From Eledone cirrhosa (Eukaryota): a stretch of 64,000 bases of DNA. Under the pieces are notes generated by a model. The model ran no database searches and was not told the origin of the DNA. It saw nothing but the letters and a program-made list of their open reading frames with translations. Positions 1-11,823 of this stretch are shown one piece after another; position 1 is the stretch's first letter, and every line of letters begins with the position of its first letter. The DNA lies in NCBI GenBank assembly GCA_964016885.1, contig OZ024743.1, forward strand, positions 77,066,001 through 77,130,000. Reading direction: 5' to 3'. A program made the translations under genes and the position numbers.

Positions 1-380
1 AATGCAATCAACTATATCTCATAATTACTGTAATGGTGACGTAGCACCCATCAACAGATGTGTAATACTCGCTATTATATGGTGTTTTACTATAAGCACC
101 AAGTATTTCAACTATAGGGTAGGCTACAGTAAGGTCGGCACATGTTTGGGTAATTTTTTAGTTTCAGACTTGTATTTGCAATAATATAAATTTGCCTTAA
201 ATTCATGATGATTTTGTAACAGTTTTATTTCTACATACAGGATGATACCGTGTGTGTGTGTGTGTGTACTGTGTAGGCGGCGAAGTGAAAGCGTTGGATA
301 GAATGCTTTTCGGCATTTGTTCCGACTCTTCGTTCTGAGTTCAAATCCCGTCGAATGCCTTTTATTCTTTCAAGGTCAAG

Positions 381-646
381 TGTTGTCTTCTTTCTGTGAG
401 CGCAAAATGCTCGTGGGGGAGGCTGGCTTAATGCCCTGCCCGTAGCCAACATTGGTGGCCTACTCAGTCTGAATTAGCTCTGCTACTCCATTGCACTCAC
501 AGTGGAAGCCGATGTCTGTGGGGGGACTTTTCTCTTGCCATACTAAGCTAAACTTAATTATTAAGCGGGCCCTGGCTCTGGTAAATATCCCCTTGAATCT
601 GGAGCTGGTTGGATTGTCCAGAGTTGATGAGAAGAGACCAATTGGT
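381..646 (+). mobile_element. Degenerate CRE-clade (restriction-like endonuclease) non-LTR retrotransposon fragment
   Basis: Frameshifted translation LLSVSAK..GGWLNALPVANIGGLLSLN*LCYSIALTVEADVC followed by FSCHTKLNLIIKRALALVNIPLNLELVGLSRVDEKRPIG. This resembles the CRE-like C-terminal pattern GAWLNALP..LG..L..LR.A.ALRLG / RH..LN.IIKRAL....P..LEP.GL.R.DGKRPDG (pattern recalled, not searched). Confidence 0.7.
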
Positions 647-1334
647 CGTGCCCTTTGTCTTGGCTTTCTTTTATGTCATTCACTCTTTATCTGTACATCA
701 GTAATATTTTTACTGTCAGTCCAGAACCTATGAGGGGGTGAGGCAAGGAGTTCACCGAACACGAGCCTGGAGATTTTCTAAGATCTCAGAAACTATTTGT
801 AATTATTAAAGATCAGCATTCATAGACGAAAATTCCTCTCAGGTGTCCTGTAATTAGCCACATCCACTTCTAAGCAAACTACACCACCCTTCACTCCTCC
901 TCATTCAAGAGGATAATATGTAGTATGGCCCCCTGCAAACAACACATTGCAAATACTAACTTATCAATGTTCTGTATGTGCTCTAATGTCTCCTCTTGCC
1001 ATCCCTGCCTCATCCCACACAAAATCCTGTACTATGAATATTTCCCAATACTTCTCCCCACAGTAGCAACTCTCTAAAAATATCCCCTTATTCATGTTTT
1101 CTTTACAGAGATCTCTTATGAAACTTGTTAACTCGTCTTCACAAGTTTAATCGGAGTACCAGATTTGTGACTAGGCTTCATCCCTTAATATTTAAAGTTC
1201 CTAAATGTAATCGCAAATTCTATTCCGAGTTTCTTTTCTTGCTCGTGGAATTTTATTCCAGGTTCTTACTTTCCTAAACAATGCGATTTTCAAAAGTTCA
1301 AAAGCAACTTCAATTGTCATCTCTCCTTGAATTG

Positions 1335-1335
<1 letters not shown>

Positions 1336-1405
<70 letters not shown>
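1336..1405. repeat. (CT)n microsatellite
   Basis: Uninterrupted CT dinucleotide run. Confidence 0.97.
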
Positions 1406-1408
<3 letters not shown>

Positions 1409-1548
1409 CCGTTTTCACTTCTCAGTGACCCCTTCCATTTTAGTGGCTATATTGCCTTGATAGGGTGAGTAAATTTTTAAAAAAAACTTACGTAAGTTGA
1501 CGTAAAAAATCGAGCACATCAACTTCACCAGTTTGGGAGGACCTGTAA

Positions 1549-1897
1549 AAGCTATAACCAACGACACTTAATTTAATTATAATAATTATTATTATTTCTA
1601 CTTTTGACACAAGGCCAGCAATTATCCCAGTGTATTACTGGTACTCTATTTTATCGACCCCGTAAGGATGAAAGCAACGTTAACCTCGGCGGGATTTGAA
1701 CTCAGGTCATAAAGGGCTATAACTCTTTGCTGCAAAGGCCCTTTATGGTCTGAGTTCAAATCCCGCCGAGGTTAACGTTGCTTTCATCCTTACGGGGTCG
1801 ATAAAATAAAGTACCAGTAATACACTAGGATAATTGCGGGCATTGTGTCAAAAGTAGAAACAATTATAATTAAATTAAGTGTAGTTGGTTATAGCTT
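1549..1897. repeat. Fold-back inverted repeat made of a tRNA-SINE 3' part plus flank (arms about 165 bp, loop about 20 nt)
   Basis: 1549-1717 is the near-exact reverse complement of 1738-1897, including the flank aagctataaccaac.acacttaatttaattataat. Confidence 0.92.
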
Positions 1898-2289
1898 AAT
1901 TTAATCATAATAAAACTATAACAGTTCTTATAGAAACAGAAGTTTAAATATGTATATATGTCTGCAGAGTAGAAGAGTAGATTTATAAATTGTCGGCATA
2001 TTTGTCGTTTTTCATCTCCGGTTTATTCATGTTTGGTGAACCCAGCACGGTCGTTCTCTTCACAAACAGTGAGTCCCGAGTTCGATCCCATGCCTCGTGA
2101 GTGAAATTGGGTAAATGGAAATTGTTTGGAAGCCCATCATTTGGACCGTACCTGTAATTCAAAGAGCCCCCCCCCCCCCTGTCGCACACTGTATTACGTT
2201 GGATCTTCCTGAGAATTACATTAAGAGTACACGTGTCTGTGGAATGCTCAGCCACGCGCACGTTAATTTCACGAGCAGGCTGTTCTGCT

Positions 2290-2720
2290 TAGCTATGGTT
2301 ATGAATCTTGGGTAATGACCGAAAGAATACGATGGCGAATACAAGCGGCCGAAATGTGGTTCCTCCGAAGTGTCTTTGGATTAACGTTACTCGTTATAGT
2401 GCGTAGCTCGGCGATCAGAGAGTCACTCCATGTAGAGCTGCTATTTCTCCGAATTAAGAGATCACAGCTCCGATATTATGGGCATGTGGTTAGAATGTCT
2501 CGGGAAAGAATCGCTGGACAGAATTACGAGCAAAACCAACCAGCAGGAGTCCCAGGGGTAGAGGCCGAGCAAAATAGTTGGATAACATCCATGAGCTTGG
2601 TTATTTACGCTTGGGGATCCAGCCGGATCAGTCGGTGATGGTTACTTCTGACAGGACCTGCTGAAGTACTATGTGTTTGAGGACTATGACCCCACGACCC
2701 TCTCAAGAAGAAGAAGAAGG
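2290..2720 (+). mobile_element. RTE-type LINE 3' fragment or derived short element (further copies near 15085-15245, 32410-32760, 45240-45425, 49005-49385, 53500-53890)
   Basis: Translation RIQAAEMWFLRSVFGLTLL..VRSSAIRESLHVE.L.LRI.RSQLRYYGHVVRM is typical of the RTE post-RT region. It ends in (GAA)n and is repeated across the window. Confidence 0.8.
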
Positions 2721-2882
2721 ATGAGGAGGCTGTTCTGTTGATTGAACAAATGAAAATGGACGGAAGTACATTCCATTCCTCTGTTTATTTGTTGTTGAGT
2801 TCTGTACTACACTTGACATTTCAATTAGCAAGAGTTATCGTTCTTGGGAGGTGCCCTGTTATCAACGAAGGTCGCGAAGAAC

Positions 2883-2906
2883 ATGTCTGCAAAAATTGCT
2901 TTGAAG
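2883..2906 (+). CDS. HSD17B10: HSD17B10 coding exon 1 (MSAKIALK)
   Basis: ATG TCT GCA AAA ATT GCT TTG AAG|gtaaac. The phase-0 join gives [10 protein letters not shown], matching the short first exon ending in K of animal orthologues. Confidence 0.75.
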
Positions 2907-5388
2907 GTAAACTCAAGCTACTAACTTTTGAAATGATAATTTACATTTATTATTGTTTTTACTAACTGCCAATGTAAATGTATAATAGTTAGTCTTTGTA
3001 ACTCGACTTATTTAATATAAACGTTGCACTCTTATAACCTTTCTTTTCTCTTATCTTCAAACACGTGGCGTAACTAATATTTTCGTTTCTTTAACTTGGA
3101 AATCTCTTCTGCTGGAATATTTACTATAGTTTTTTCAAACTTCTTTACTGTAAATAAATTTAACGCCAGTTTCATGTTGCTACAATGGAGCTTGTCTTTT
3201 ATTAGTTTCTCATAATACTTGCTTAGATTGTTTTCGTTTTTTTCGTCTTTTCAAAATATTTCTTGTATTTTTTAAACCAGAGTTTAAAGTCTATGGTACC
3301 GTATTTAACTAGGTTCTACAAAGTTAGATGTAGTATTGATAAAATGGAATTAAACTTCTAAAAAGCTCTTTGAAAACTCAGTAACGATGCTGTAGGCATA
3401 AAATAAAGGTTTTGTGAGTGTCGTCATTGGAAACAATGCAAGCTATCGGAACCCACCCTCGTTAACTTAACTAACATGGGGTACAAGAAAACTTACTGAG
3501 TTTTTTTTAATTTTTATTATTCCTTTTTCCTCTTTATTTCCTCTTTATCACGTCATTCAAGTATATCCTAACTGTTGACCTTTATAAGGTGTGTATTAAC
3601 CTCTTAATAAACTAATGTTTACATTTAGTTGTCAGAATGAATTGTTGATACCTAAAATCCTTAATAGAAATGTGCCGCCTTTATTAACGTCCCTAATAGG
3701 GGTACCGCCTTTATTATAAACTGGTCTCATATTTCGATTCATAGTGAGAATCGATCTTTTAGTGTTGACAGAATATCCAGTACATTAATAGTTGTGTAAT
3801 ATGGTACCCTGAAGGTCCAATGTCGCTTTAGATGGATAAGTAAAATTAAGAAAAGAAGAAAAGGCTTTCAAGATTACACCCCTACATTTTTTGTATAGCA
3901 AAATCAATTATCAGAGCTATTAAATTCCCTTGCCATTCATAAATTAAATCCGATTTATTAAAGCAATAAAATACTTTTAGTTTATTTGCGTCTAGAATGT
4001 CCGATTGGAATGGGCAAGTTTTAGTGTATGCCTTTGGCTCAATAGATAATTTAACTCCCTCGTTTGCTGTCTGTCCTTGGAAGAGGTCGTAATTAACCAT
4101 AATCCAGTTCTCAGTGGGGCTTCTTTGTTAGTACCCCATATTTCAAATTGAACAAAAAAAGGCCAGCGTAATCTAGCCCTAATTCAAACACTAACCCCAT
4201 ATAATTCGTTTCTATTTCAAATGCGGGTTTTGACTACGTGCTAAACAGCACAAGCACGTATTCTAACAGTTGTATTCTTCAGTCACTATAAGATTATATA
4301 ATACTGTTAGGTATGTTATTAAGCATGCGATTCGATGAAAAAGACTCTTCGGAGTATATTAAAAATGAACTTTCCTTGTCTGGATCCTGCCTAGCGGATT
4401 TCCATATGAATAATATTTATTTATATTTAGGATTTAACTGAAAAAAATTAAGAATAACATTTTAAGACAAAACCCATTGTTTGCAGTGTCCGTAGATGGC
4501 TGGCTAGCTTCATATGAATAGCGTGGGCTCTACTGCAAAACACGATGGAAATTAAAGCTATCTTGGTTAAATGATAATTAACTTCCTTACTGAGGGCCCT
4601 TCATTAGCTAAAGGAGTTATAGTAACAATAAAAGAAACAGGGGGGAAGTATAAAATATCAGTGTTTGAAGATATCTACAGAAATTATATCAAAGACAAGA
4701 GTTGGGGAATTCTTGAAAGACAAACAAATGATTCTCATACAATGCTAACATGATATTTGTTTTTCTTATTATCAATGGATACTTTATATTTGCAGAAATC
4801 TTTGCTTTAACCCTTTCATTACTATAATTGTTTTCAAATAATTTTGAAAATGATAACTAACTTTCACATAAATTGAAGTATTGTGGAATAAGAAATAGAA
4901 ATATAACAAGGAAATAAGTTTAATTATTTGGTAGCCCAACAATGTGTGTGAGATTATAAGTGCCAAGGTAATAAGAATTAGAGAAAATAGGACAAAAGAC
5001 CTGAGAAAAAGAATGAGAATAGTAGAATTTTACCTTAGCAATTTTAATGATCCAAAATACTTTAGAATTTACCATCTATTGTCAAGGAAGGGCTCAGGGA
5101 GCAATCTAAGAAGAGTTGTTGATGGTTGATCGATTTGAATTCTGGTGGGAGGTTTTTACATAAACATTTAACAGGGGTGGTTTGGTACCAAATGGGTTAA
5201 ATGATCTACAAAATAAAAGAACAATGGTGCTATAGAATCCAGAAACCATTTTTATCCTCAGGCATATTGATCTCTGTTATCAAGAACTCTGTAGTGATTT
5301 CTTTTTGTTTAGATTTTGATATATTTAGATTTAAATATTTATTTATTAGATGATTATTAATTTGTCTCTACCTGGTTTATTTCAACAG

Positions 5389-5553
5389 GGCCTGGTTGGG
5401 TTGGTAACAGGTGGAGCTTCAGGGTTGGGTCGTGCCACTGTTGAAAGACTAGTACAACAAGGATCTCGTGTGATCTTGTGTGATTTACCAAACTCCAAAG
5501 GAGCTGAAGTTGCAAGCACTCTTGGAAGTAACTGTATCTTTGCACCAACAGAT
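5389..5553 (+). CDS. HSD17B10: HSD17B10 coding exon 2 (Rossmann TGGASGLG motif)
   Basis: ttcaacag|GGC CTG GTT...ACA GAT|gtaagt, 165 nt. [38 protein letters not shown]...FAPTD. Confidence 0.96.
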
Positions 5554-5961
5554 GTAAGTTCCTATGTTACTTTATATTTTTGGCAAAATAAAAACCTCAA
5601 TCTGTAATTTTATGTAATATTGCTGTACATCTTTTAGTTTGGTTTGGTATATGAGGGGGTGCTGAAAAGTTCCTGGCCTGATTGCTGCTAAAGACCCTTC
5701 GGAGGAACCCCATTTCGGTCACCTGTATTTGCAATCATATTCTTTACGTCATTACCCAAGATTCTTAACCACAGGTAAAGGTTGGCATGAATACCAAATT
5801 GAGGCTTACCTGTACAAGTAAATCAAATACAGGTGAGATGACTATTTTACATTTTTTTTCGGGCTTGTATTGTTAGGATTTTTTTTTTTTTATCTATAAA
5901 TTGTTTATCAATTGTTGACACAATATCTTAGTTTGGTTTACTTCTGATTACACAACCAGGA

Positions 5962-6194
5962 TTAACCCTGTGATGACCACATTTCTAATGAAATACACTA
6001 TTTCAATTAATGAAGAATTTTGAGGGATTGACTAAAATTATTAATTATTTCATTATTAAGATAGTAACTTAACGTAAGGTCCTTATATAGAATTATATTG
6101 GAAGATTTTAATTTAAATTAGAAACCTTTAAAGAGGGTGATTCTATTTCATAGAACCAGAGCTGGTCTTGGCTGGGTTGGGAACTAAAGGGTTA
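5962..6194. mobile_element. TTAA-flanked non-autonomous DNA element, piggyBac-like MITE (relatives near 12521-12830, 45120-45235, 49563-49870)
   Basis: Starts TTAACCCT and ends AGGGTTAA. The body (atttctaatgaaatacac...ggaagattttaatttaaat) recurs elsewhere in the window. Confidence 0.6.
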
Positions 6195-6345
6195 AGTATC
6201 AATGAAACAAAAATTTATATTTAGAAAGAGAGATATACAAAGGAAAAGGTAAATGGTATTAGATACATAAAACTGACGTTACTACAGTTAGCAACATTAT
6301 TATTGTTAAAAATAATAATTGACAAATGACTATCAGTAATATATT

Positions 6346-8985
6346 ATTGAGATCTAGGTGGGAGGGGAGATTGACCCCTACCAAACATTACTGGAGATCT
6401 AGGTGGGAGGGCAGACTGGCCACTACCAATCATTACTGGAGATCTAGGTGGCAGAGGAGACTGGCCCCTACCAAACAGTACTGGAGATCTAGGTGGAAGG
6501 GGAGACTGGCCCCTACCAAACAGTATTACGGAAGTAAGTGGAAGGGGAGACTGTCCCCTATCAAATAGTACTGGAGATCTAGGTGGAAGGGGAGACTGGC
6601 CCCTACCAAACAGTACTGGAGATCTAGGTGGAAGGGGAGACTGGCCCCTACCAAACATTACTGGAGATCTAGGTGGAAGGGGAGGGGAGACTGGCCCCTA
6701 CCAAACAGTATTACGGAAGTAAGTGGAAGGGGAGACTGTCCCCTATCAAATAGTACTGGAGATCTAGGTGGGAAGGGAGACTGACCCCTACCAAACATTA
6801 CTAGAGATCTAAGTGGGAGGAAAGACAGACCCCTACCAAACATTACTGGAGATCTAGGTGGAAGGGGAGGGGAGACTGGCCCCTACCAAACATTACTGGA
6901 GATCTACGTGGGAGGGGAGACTGGCCCCTACCAAACAGTACTGGAGATTAGCCCCTACCAAACAGTACTGGAGATCTAGCTGGGAAAGGGAGACTAGCCC
7001 CTACCAAACAGTACTGGAGACTAGCCCCTACCAAACAGTACTGGAGATCTAGGTGGGAGGGGAGACTGGTCCCTACCAAACAGTACTGGAGATCTAAGTG
7101 GGAGGGAAGATTGACCCCTACCAAACTACTGGAGATCTAGGTGAGACGGGGAGAGTGACCCCTACCAAACAGTACTGGAGATCTAGGTAGGAGGGGAAAC
7201 TGGCTCCTACCAAACAGTACTGGAGATCTAGGTGGAAAGGGAGACTGGCCCCTACCAAACAGTACTGGAGATCTAGGTGGGAAGGGGAGACTGATCCCTA
7301 CTAAACAGTACTGGAGATCTAGGTGGAAGGGGAGATTGGCCCCTACTAAACAGTACTGGAGATCTAGGTGGGAAGGGGAGGGGAGACTCGCCCCTACCAA
7401 ACAATACTGGAGATCTATGTGGGAGGGAAGATTGACCCCTACCAAACTCCTGGAGATCTAGGTGAGAAGGGGAGACTGACCCCTACCAAACTACTGGAGA
7501 ACTAAGTGGGAGGGGAAACTGGCCCCTACCAAACAGTACTGGAGATCTAGGTGGAAGGGGAGACTGACCCCTACCAAACAGTACTGGAGATCTAGGTGGC
7601 AGGGGAGACTGGCCCCTACCAAACAGTACTGGAGATCTAGGTGAGAAGGGGAGATTGATCCCTACTAAACAGTACTGGAGAACTAAGTGGGAGGGGAGAC
7701 TGACCCCTACCAAACAGTACTGGAGATCTAGGTGGCAGGGGAGATTGACCCCTACCAAACAGTACTGGAGATCTAGGTGGAAGGGGAGATTGGCCCCTAC
7801 CAAACAGTACTGGAGATTTAGGTGAGAAGGGGAGATTGATCCCTACTAAACAGTACTGGAGAACTAAGTGGGAGGGGAGACTGACCCCTACCAAACAGTA
7901 CTGGAGATCTAGGTGGCAGGGGAGATTGACCCCTACCAAACAGTACTGGAGATCTAGGTGGAAGGGGAGATTGGCCCCTACCAAACAGTACTGGAGATCT
8001 AGGTGGAAGGGGAGATTGACCCCTACCAAACAGTACTGGAGATCTAGGTGGAAGGGGAGACTGATCCCTACTAAACAGTACTGGAGATCTAGGTGGAAGG
8101 GGAGATTGGCCCCTACCAAACAGTACTGGAGAACTAAGTGGGAGGGGAGACTGACCCCTACCAAACAGTACTGGAGATCTAGGTGGAAGGGGAGATTGGC
8201 CCCTACCAAACAGTACTGGAGATCTAGGTGGCAGGGGAGACTGGCCCCTACCAAACACTACTGGACATCTAGGTGGGAAGGGAGACTGATCCCTACTAAA
8301 CAGTACTGGAGATCTAGGTGGAAGGGGAGATTGACCCCTACTAAACACTACTGGACATCTAGGTGGGAAGGGAGACTGATCCCTACTAAACAGTACTGGA
8401 GATCTAGGTGGAAGGGGAGATTGACCCCTACCAAACACTACTGGACATCTAGGTGGGAAGGGAGACTGATCCCTACTAAACAGTACTGGAGATCTAGGTG
8501 GAAGGGGAGATTGACCCATACCAAACAGTACTGGAGATCTAGGGTGGCAGGGGAGACTGGCCCCTACCAAACAGTACTGGAGATCTAGGCGGGAAGGGGA
8601 GACTGGCCCCTAACAATCAGTATTAGAGATCTAGGTGGAAGGGGAAACTGGCCCCTACCAAACAGTACTGGAGATCTAGGTGGAAGGGGAGACTGGCCCC
8701 TAACAATCAGTATTAGAGATCTAGGTGGAAGGGGAGACTGGCCCCTACCAAACAGTACTGGAGATCTAGGTGGAAGGGGAAACTGGCCCCTACCAAACAG
8801 TACTGGAGATCTAGGTGGAAGGGGAGACTGGCCCCTAACAATCAGTATTAGAGATCTAGGTGGAAGGGGAGACTGGCCCCTACCAAACAGTACTGGAGAT
8901 CTAGGTGGAAGGGGAGACTGGCCCCTACCAAACAGTACTGGAGATCTAGGTGGAAGGGGAGACTGGCCCCTACCAAACAGTATTA
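6346..8985. repeat. 45-bp minisatellite, about 58 copies, in HSD17B10 intron 2
   Basis: Unit ggagatctaggtggaaggggagactggcccctaccaaacagtact. The 15-aa periodic ORFs on both strands confirm the 45-bp period. Confidence 0.97.
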
Positions 8986-10396
8986 GATTAGACTGTTGTA
9001 TAACGAAGAGTTTAATGCTAAATATCTCTGGATAGAAAAACAGCTTTAAGAGCTTCTCCTAAAATAGCTGTAACAAACCTCAAATGTATGAACTTTGGTC
9101 TAGTAGTCTTACACTACCTTATCCTAATCTAGCTTGTTACTTTGCATCGATATATAGCTACTTTATAAGTATACATAAGTGACCTTGCTCACACCTCTAA
9201 GACAATGTCACTGGATCAAGATCTTTGACGCTATGCAGTAATAGAGAAGACTCTCTTTCCCTTGCATACAAACTTAAATCTACAGTCAGTAGGCACCTCT
9301 TAACCCAATATACAACCCACTCCACACCCCTTTCTCCATCCTCCCACTTCCATCCACTGTAAAGTGGTCATGTAGATGTCACAATAAGAAGCGCCCAGTC
9401 CACACTGTAAAGTGGTCGTGTAGGAGACACATTAAAAAAAGCTCCCAGTCCACACTGTAAATGTGGTTGGCGTTAGGAAGGGCATCCAGCCATAGAAAAC
9501 CTGCCAGAAACAGTTCTGTATGAGCGAGACACGATCACCCAACCAATCTTGCCTCAAGTAGGGCTAACCCATCCTAGCGTGGAAGTTGGACATTAAACGA
9601 TGATGATGATGAGAGATGTTTGTTAGTTCGTTGCTTGATTGCTTTGCGCATCACACAAAAACGAAAAGTGACAATCATCATCATCGTTTAACGTCTATCC
9701 TCCATGCTAGCGTGGGTTAGACGATCAAAAAGTAATTACAGCAATGGTATAAAGGTATATCCAGGAACGTTTATTGATACTAATTTTATAACATCAAAGA
9801 AGAAGAAAACATCCCGGGTATGCTAACCAACCTGACTGCTATTTCTAGGAGGTTGGGAATCAACCATAAGGGATTTTCTCTGTGTTCGTTGTCAGTGATG
9901 ATCATGTTTTGTGGCAATCGACTCCAATTCAAATGCTGGCTTATATTTACACACACACACATGGGCACACATGCACACACACACATACGCACAGGCACGT
10001 ACACACACATTTATATATAATTATCAAAAGATCCGCGTTCCCTACGTGTAAAGTTAATCTACAGTCAGTAGGCCCCTCCAAACCCACTACCCCTACTCCA
10101 CCCTTCCACTCCCGGCAACACCACCCTTTCTCTATAAAGTTATGTTGGTACCACAACATCTAGTCAAAACTAATGAGGTCAGTAGGTGTCACAACAAAAA
10201 AAGGGAAAAGAGAAGAAAAAAACACAGTCCACGCTGTAAATGTGGTTGGTTTTAGGAAGGGCATCCAACTGTAGAAAAGCTGCCAGATAGTCCTATACAA
10301 GCAAGATACGGTCACTCGACCAATCTTACTTCAAATGGGACAATTCCCGTCTAACCCATGCTAGCGTGGAAGATAGATGTTAAACGATGATGATGA

Positions 10397-10958
10397 TCTA
10401 TATGTATATATAATATAAAATATTGAAACTTCCATCATCCTTTTGAGAAACATGACCAACCACGTCTATGCAATGGCATATGCTTTACAGTCGGGAGGAT
10501 GATAAACCATCTCCTAGAGGTCATTATTCTTGGAGATAATCAAGGAAAAAATGTATTTATTCCCAAGATTCCTCTTATCCCTTCCTCTATTGAGCTGCCA
10601 TTCAAATTCTCAAGACTTCAGTTCCCTGTTAGACCCAGTTTTGCTATGACCATACATAAAGCTCAGACTCAGAGTTTCAAAGCTGTAGAATTGAATACAT
10701 GAGAATCGTTTTTTTTACCTATGGACAGTTATATGTAGGTTGTTCATGAGTGGAAACACCTAGAAATCTTCATATACTATACATGGACAGTAAAATGAAG
10801 AATCTGGTGTATTTGGATGATTTTTTACAGTTTTTGTTTTGTCACACACCACAGTCACATACTGTAAACCAAACAAAGCATCCAATACAGTTGTTTTCTC
10901 ATCTACCAGTCTTCTCTTATAGTCTGTTTACCTGGGCAAAGCTGGGTACATCAGCTAG
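10397..10958 (+). mobile_element. Internally deleted Helitron with both termini and a PIF1-like helicase C-terminal relic
   Basis: 5' end A|TCTATATGTATATATAATATAAAA. 3' end is an imperfect hairpin tacctgggcaaagctgggta followed by CTAG|T. Translation LLRN..RLCNG...VFIPKIPLIPSSIELPFKFSRLQFPVRPSFAMTIHKAQTQS...YGQLYVGCS, with stops. Confidence 0.88.
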
Positions 10959-11658
10959 TACATTATATAAATAGCCACTTGAGAAATATGATATTCTCTC
11001 TCTAGAGCTAGCTGTGTGTAGAACCTCCACCTAAGCCCAGCCAACACACTCATAACCATTACTGTATTCCTATCCTAGGCTGTGACAAACCACTTTCCTC
11101 ATCCTTCTAGAATTCCATCCTCTCCTCTGTTTTTCTTGTAGTCATTGACTTGCAGCTGTTCAAAGTAAAACATTAACTGCATCAGTCTCACTAATCTTGG
11201 AAGAACTGCAAGTAAACAAAATAAAAAAGAATTTTGGTTTGCCTGTGGCTACATTTCATTATAGGAAGAACATTAAGCTGTTAAAATAATTATTTCAACT
11301 ATATGCAGATCCTTGGCTTGTCTGGGAGATGAGTAACCACTACCACTTCAGTACTAATTTGGTCTATGTAGACCTGTCCAACCCTTGCAGGGAAAGCGGA
11401 CATTAAAACGATGATGATATGCATATGACCAAACTTATAAAAACAACAATACTCGTTATCATCCTCATTCATCATTTTACATTCATTTTACATGTTTACA
11501 TGAGTTGGACAAGTCTTCTCTAGCAACTTGCCACATGTTACAATCTCCAGCATACCTCCTCAGATTCCTCTATAATTTAATATATGTACATTGAACTACT
11601 ATTAACAAATCATTGACTATTTGTCCAGTTTCTTATTTATCCAATCTCTTATTACAAG

Positions 11659-11823
11659 GTAACCTCTGAAGCTGATGTTGATAATGCCCTCGCAATAACA
11701 AAAAACAACTTTGGTCGGCTTGATGCCGTGGTAAACTGTGCCGGCATTGCTGTAGCTTTCAAAGTCTATAATTTCAAAAAAGAATTACCACATAGCTATG
11801 AAGATTTCAAGAAAGTTCTTCTG
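11659..11823 (+). CDS. HSD17B10: HSD17B10 coding exon 3 (NCAG motif)
   Basis: attacaag|GTA ACC TCT GAA...CTT CTG|gtaagt, 165 nt. [55 protein letters not shown]. Not in the supplied ORF track. Confidence 0.95.

Noticed and set aside
1140-1550. Exons of a divergent minus-strand gene sharing a promoter with HSD17B10
   Set aside because: Only donor-like cttac motifs (about 1266 and 1488) were seen, and no recognisable coding sequence on the minus strand of 1-1500. Unsupported without RNA data.
3882-5129. Short ORFs (60-72 aa) in HSD17B10 intron 1
   Set aside because: No recognisable motifs, and their lengths are as expected by chance.
6326-8588. Repetitive W/R-rich or P/S-rich protein ORFs (up to 250 aa)
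   Set aside because: These are a by-product of a 45-bp stop-free unit inside an intron. They are broken by frameshifts and have no splice or start context.
10499-10974. Host PIF1 helicase gene
   Set aside because: It has stops, covers only the C-terminal motifs, and is enclosed by Helitron termini.
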